This document shows, piece by piece, positions 33,579 through 36,213 of a stretch of DNA of 36,213 nucleotides; within the stretch, counting starts at the first letter, position 1, and the number at the start of each line of letters is the position of its first letter. Location: positions 1-36,213 of the IMG/VR virus record IMGVR_UViG_3300017565_000033, one strand, 5' to 3'. Below the pieces are notes generated by a model, which was not told where the DNA came from, searched no databases, and was given only the letters and a program-made list of their open reading frames with translations. This stretch comes from a virus (lineage: Duplodnaviria; Caudoviricetes). A program made the position numbers and the translations under genes.

Positions 33579-34172
33579 TCAGGCGTCGTGCAGGCGGATG
33601 AGATCGCGGGCGATGTCCGCGAGCTGCCCCGTCTCCGGCAAACCGTGGCGCCGCTGAAAGGCGCGCACCGCCGATTTCGTGGAGGTACCGGGGGCTCCCC
33701 GCTCACCTTCGATGCAGAAGCCCAGGTTGTGCAGCCGCTCCTGGGCCGCCATCAGGCCATCGGCTTCGAAGCCGGAGAGGGATTGGAGCTGCAAGGCCCA
33801 GTGCAGCGTCACTGGCTCGGACGCGGCGGTGGGCGTGGCGTCCGGAAAATCCTCGTCGATGACAGTGGGCGGGTAGGGGGGAGGCGCGCCTGCGTGAGGG
33901 GAAGCAGTACGGGCGGTGGCTCGGGGCGGTGGTGGAGGCGGGCGCACCTTCAGGAGCAGCTCTCCGGTGGCGAGGCCTGGCACTTCGTGGCTCAGCGAGC
34001 CATCCGCGGCTGTCCTTCCACAGTGCTCGGTGCGGCCCACGGTGAGCACGTACTCCTGATCCGCGTATGGCACCTCATGGGGATCCACCAGGACGAGATG
34101 CAGCCGCCGCTGCCTCAGGATGAAGGTGCTGGTGTTTCCTGTCCGGACGGGTGCTGTCCTCGGACTGACCAT
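33579..34172 (-). CDS. Peptidoglycan-binding domain protein
   Basis: C-terminal AQERLHNLGF...G..TKSAVRAFQRRHGLPETG; Pro-rich linker. Confidence 0.8.
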   Translation of the reverse strand: MVSPRTAPVRTGNTSTFILRQRRLHLVLVDPHEVPYADQEYVLTVGRTEHCGRTAADGSLSHEVPGLATGELLLKVRPPPPPPRATARTASPHAGAPPPYPPTVIDEDFPDATPTAASEPVTLHWALQLQSLSGFEADGLMAAQERLHNLGFCIEGERGAPGTSTKSAVRAFQRRHGLPETGQLADIARDLIRLHDA

Positions 34173-34476
34173 GTCGCGTCCCCCCTGTGCCTGGACTCGC
34201 GATGGTGTCGTCACGTCGTTGAAGGCCTGGTCAAAGTACGTGAACCCCGAGCGACCTCAATCACCGGAAGTTCTGGGATAACCCTGTTCTGTGCGTCGGC
34301 TTAACGGACCTCAACCTGGTGGGTCACTCAGAGGACGCAAGAGACGGCCAGCCGGGCAGCCCCGACTGCGTACTGGGCGACGGGAGGCTCCGAACCTCAT
34401 GCGGCATGCCCGCCTCTTCCGGCGTGCCTACCTTCCGCGGTGGAGTCACCTCTCGGTTTCGTTGGAGGAGCCACGC

Positions 34477-35370
34477 ATGGACAGCACGGTGATCGTCGGG
34501 CTGGACGATGTGAAGTGCGTGTGGCCCGCACGGGCGGAGCTCGGCGAGGGCCCCATGTGGATGCCCTCCGAGGGGGCGCTCTACTGGCTCGACATCAAGG
34601 GGCGGAAGGTCCACCGGCTGGCGCTGGTGGACGGCGCTCAGGAGAGCTGGGACACCCCGCTGCGAGTCACCGTCCTGGCGACCCGGCGACAGGGAGGCTT
34701 CATCGCTGGCACCGAGCGGGGGCTGGCCTTCTACGAGCCCCGCAGCGGCCGCCTGGAGCGGCTGTTGGACCTGGAGCCCGAGCGCCACCACAACCGCTGC
34801 AACGATGGGAAGGTCGACCCGGCCGGCCGCTTCTGGGTGGGCACCATGGATGACCACGAGCAGGCGCCCACTGGCGCGCTCTACCGGTTCGACGCGCGGG
34901 GGCACCTCGCTCGCATCGATGACGGGTACACGGTGACCAACGGCCCCGCGTTCAGCCCCGACGGCAGGGTCGTGTATGTGAACGACTCGCCCCTGCGCGT
35001 CACCTACGCCTTCGACCTGGACCTGGACGGCGTGCCGGGCCCTCGCCGGGTGTTCCTCCGCTACGAGGAGGCTCACGGCTACCCCGACGGCATGACGGTG
35101 GACGCGGAGGGGGCGCTGTGGATGGCCTTCAACGGGGGCGGCTGCGTGCGCCGCTTCTCCGCCGAAGGCCGGTGGCTGTCCGAGCACCGGCTCCCCGTCT
35201 CGAAGCCGACCAGCGTCGCCTTCGGCGGTGAGCGGTTGGACCGGCTGTTCGTCACCAGCGCCCGGGATGGACTGGACGCGGACGCGCTCACGGCGCAGCC
35301 GCTGGCCGGTGCGCTCTTCGAGCTGTCCCCTGGCGTGCGGGGCATCGAGCCGGTGCCCTTCGCCAGCTGA
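34477..35370 (+). CDS. SMP-30/gluconolactonase/LRE family protein
   Basis: LGEGP, RCNDGKVDPAGRFWVGTM, NGPAFSPDG, PDGMTVDAEG; GGAGG RBS before ATG 34477. Confidence 0.93.
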   Translation: MDSTVIVGLDDVKCVWPARAELGEGPMWMPSEGALYWLDIKGRKVHRLALVDGAQESWDTPLRVTVLATRRQGGFIAGTERGLAFYEPRSGRLERLLDLEPERHHNRCNDGKVDPAGRFWVGTMDDHEQAPTGALYRFDARGHLARIDDGYTVTNGPAFSPDGRVVYVNDSPLRVTYAFDLDLDGVPGPRRVFLRYEEAHGYPDGMTVDAEGALWMAFNGGGCVRRFSAEGRWLSEHRLPVSKPTSVAFGGERLDRLFVTSARDGLDADALTAQPLAGALFELSPGVRGIEPVPFAS

Positions 35371-35376
35371 CCCGGC

Positions 35377-36213
35377 TCAGCCTTCCTCTTCGTCTTCTTC
35401 GTACCGCGCGGGTAGCTCCTCGACGCGAGGAGCGCGCAGGTGCTGGATGGCGACGAAGCCCACCGCCCCCAGTCCGACGACGAAGGCGAAGGGGCCTGGC
35501 AGCAGGCGCATGTTCAACGCCGCGAAGGCCAGGGACAGGCCCACCGCGCCCGCGGGCACGTAGCGGGCCCAGGAGGGCCGCTCCACCTCCGGGCGGAGCG
35601 CCAGCAGCGCGAGCACCGCCAGCAGCGCCAGCTCCACCACCACCGAGGCCGGTAGATCCCAGCCGCGCACGGTGGTGACGCCGCCGCCGTAGCTGTAGAG
35701 CATGTCGTCGGTGGGGCGGTGCGAGGGGATGACGCGAAGCCCTGGCGGCCCCTGGGGCATCGGCGCGTTGTCCGGAACGCCTTCCAGGCCCAGCTTCACC
35801 GTCCCCCACGGCGCGAAGAGCGCCAGCAGGCACACCACGACGCCGCCCAGGCCCACCACCTCCGGCATCCACCGCAGCTGTCGCGGCTCGAAGGCGCGGC
35901 CCACGCCGTCCGGTCCGCCGATGACCTTGCGGTACTGGTCATGGGCCACCAGACCGGCGCCCGCCAGCCACAGCAGCGGCGTGAAGCCCAGGCTCAGGGA
36001 GCGCAGGGCCAGCGCCACCATCAGCACCGTGGCGGCGGTGGCGGCCTCTGGCGTCATCAAGACCGCGGGCATCCGTTCCGTGAAGCCGGGGGATTCACCC
36101 GCGTCGCGCAGCTCGCGCGCGACCAGCACCACGCCGCCCACCAGCGCCAGCAGCGTGCCGGGGACGCCCACGCCGGAGAAGAAGGGCAGGGCGGACAAGA
36201 GGAGGGCACACCC
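35377..36213 (-). CDS. Multi-pass membrane protein (5' end probably outside window)
   Basis: Several hydrophobic segments; frame appears open to the window edge. Confidence 0.65.
   Translation of the reverse strand, partial: GCALLLSALPFFSGVGVPGTLLALVGGVVLVARELRDAGESPGFTERMPAVLMTPEAATAATVLMVALALRSLSLGFTPLLWLAGAGLVAHDQYRKVIGGPDGVGRAFEPRQLRWMPEVVGLGGVVVCLLALFAPWGTVKLGLEGVPDNAPMPQGPPGLRVIPSHRPTDDMLYSYGGGVTTVRGWDLPASVVVELALLAVLALLALRPEVERPSWARYVPAGAVGLSLAFAALNMRLLPGPFAFVVGLGAVGFVAIQHLRAPRVEELPARYEEDEEEG

Noticed and set aside
16016-35187. Long alternative-frame ORFs (16016..17242, 18275..19636, 24156..25193, 28674..29831, 30009..31376, 31505..33601, 34324..35187)
   Set aside because: Overlap genes with clear catalytic motifs or operon coupling; expected artefacts of high GC3

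Overview
GC-rich window, probably from a myxobacterium (inference). Positions 1-29886 are the right-hand part of an integrated siphovirus-type prophage with two divergent arms. The leftward arm has a phage sigma factor, a Zn-finger ORF, terS/terL, an HK97-type portal, protease and capsid, connector genes, two paralogous tail-tube genes, a -1 frameshifted tail chaperone, the tape measure and tail-tip genes running off the left edge. The rightward arm has a primase-helicase, Cas4-like nuclease, SF2 helicase, SSB-like protein, family A DNA polymerase, HD hydrolase, RuvC-like resolvase, xis and a tyrosine integrase, and ends at a 29-nt tmRNA 3'-end fragment (att). Two lower-GC antisense morons flank the helicase: a TIR/NDT-like protein and a Ser/Thr kinase ending in an SSB-tail-like motif (DDDDNIPF). 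The main unexplained structure is a gap-free 34-bp asymmetric motif (about TGAGCCACTCGCRGAATCCGCACNCATTTAC) in 11 copies. It always points with transcription, supplies the upstream stop codon in four cases, and usually ends 6-9 nt before a start codon. Five copies cluster around a pyrimidine/purine inverted repeat at the arm divergence, and no CI-like repressor is visible. Positions 29886-36213 are flanking genes: a PG-binding / metzincin-like / hypothetical operon, an SMP-30 lactonase and a partial membrane protein.
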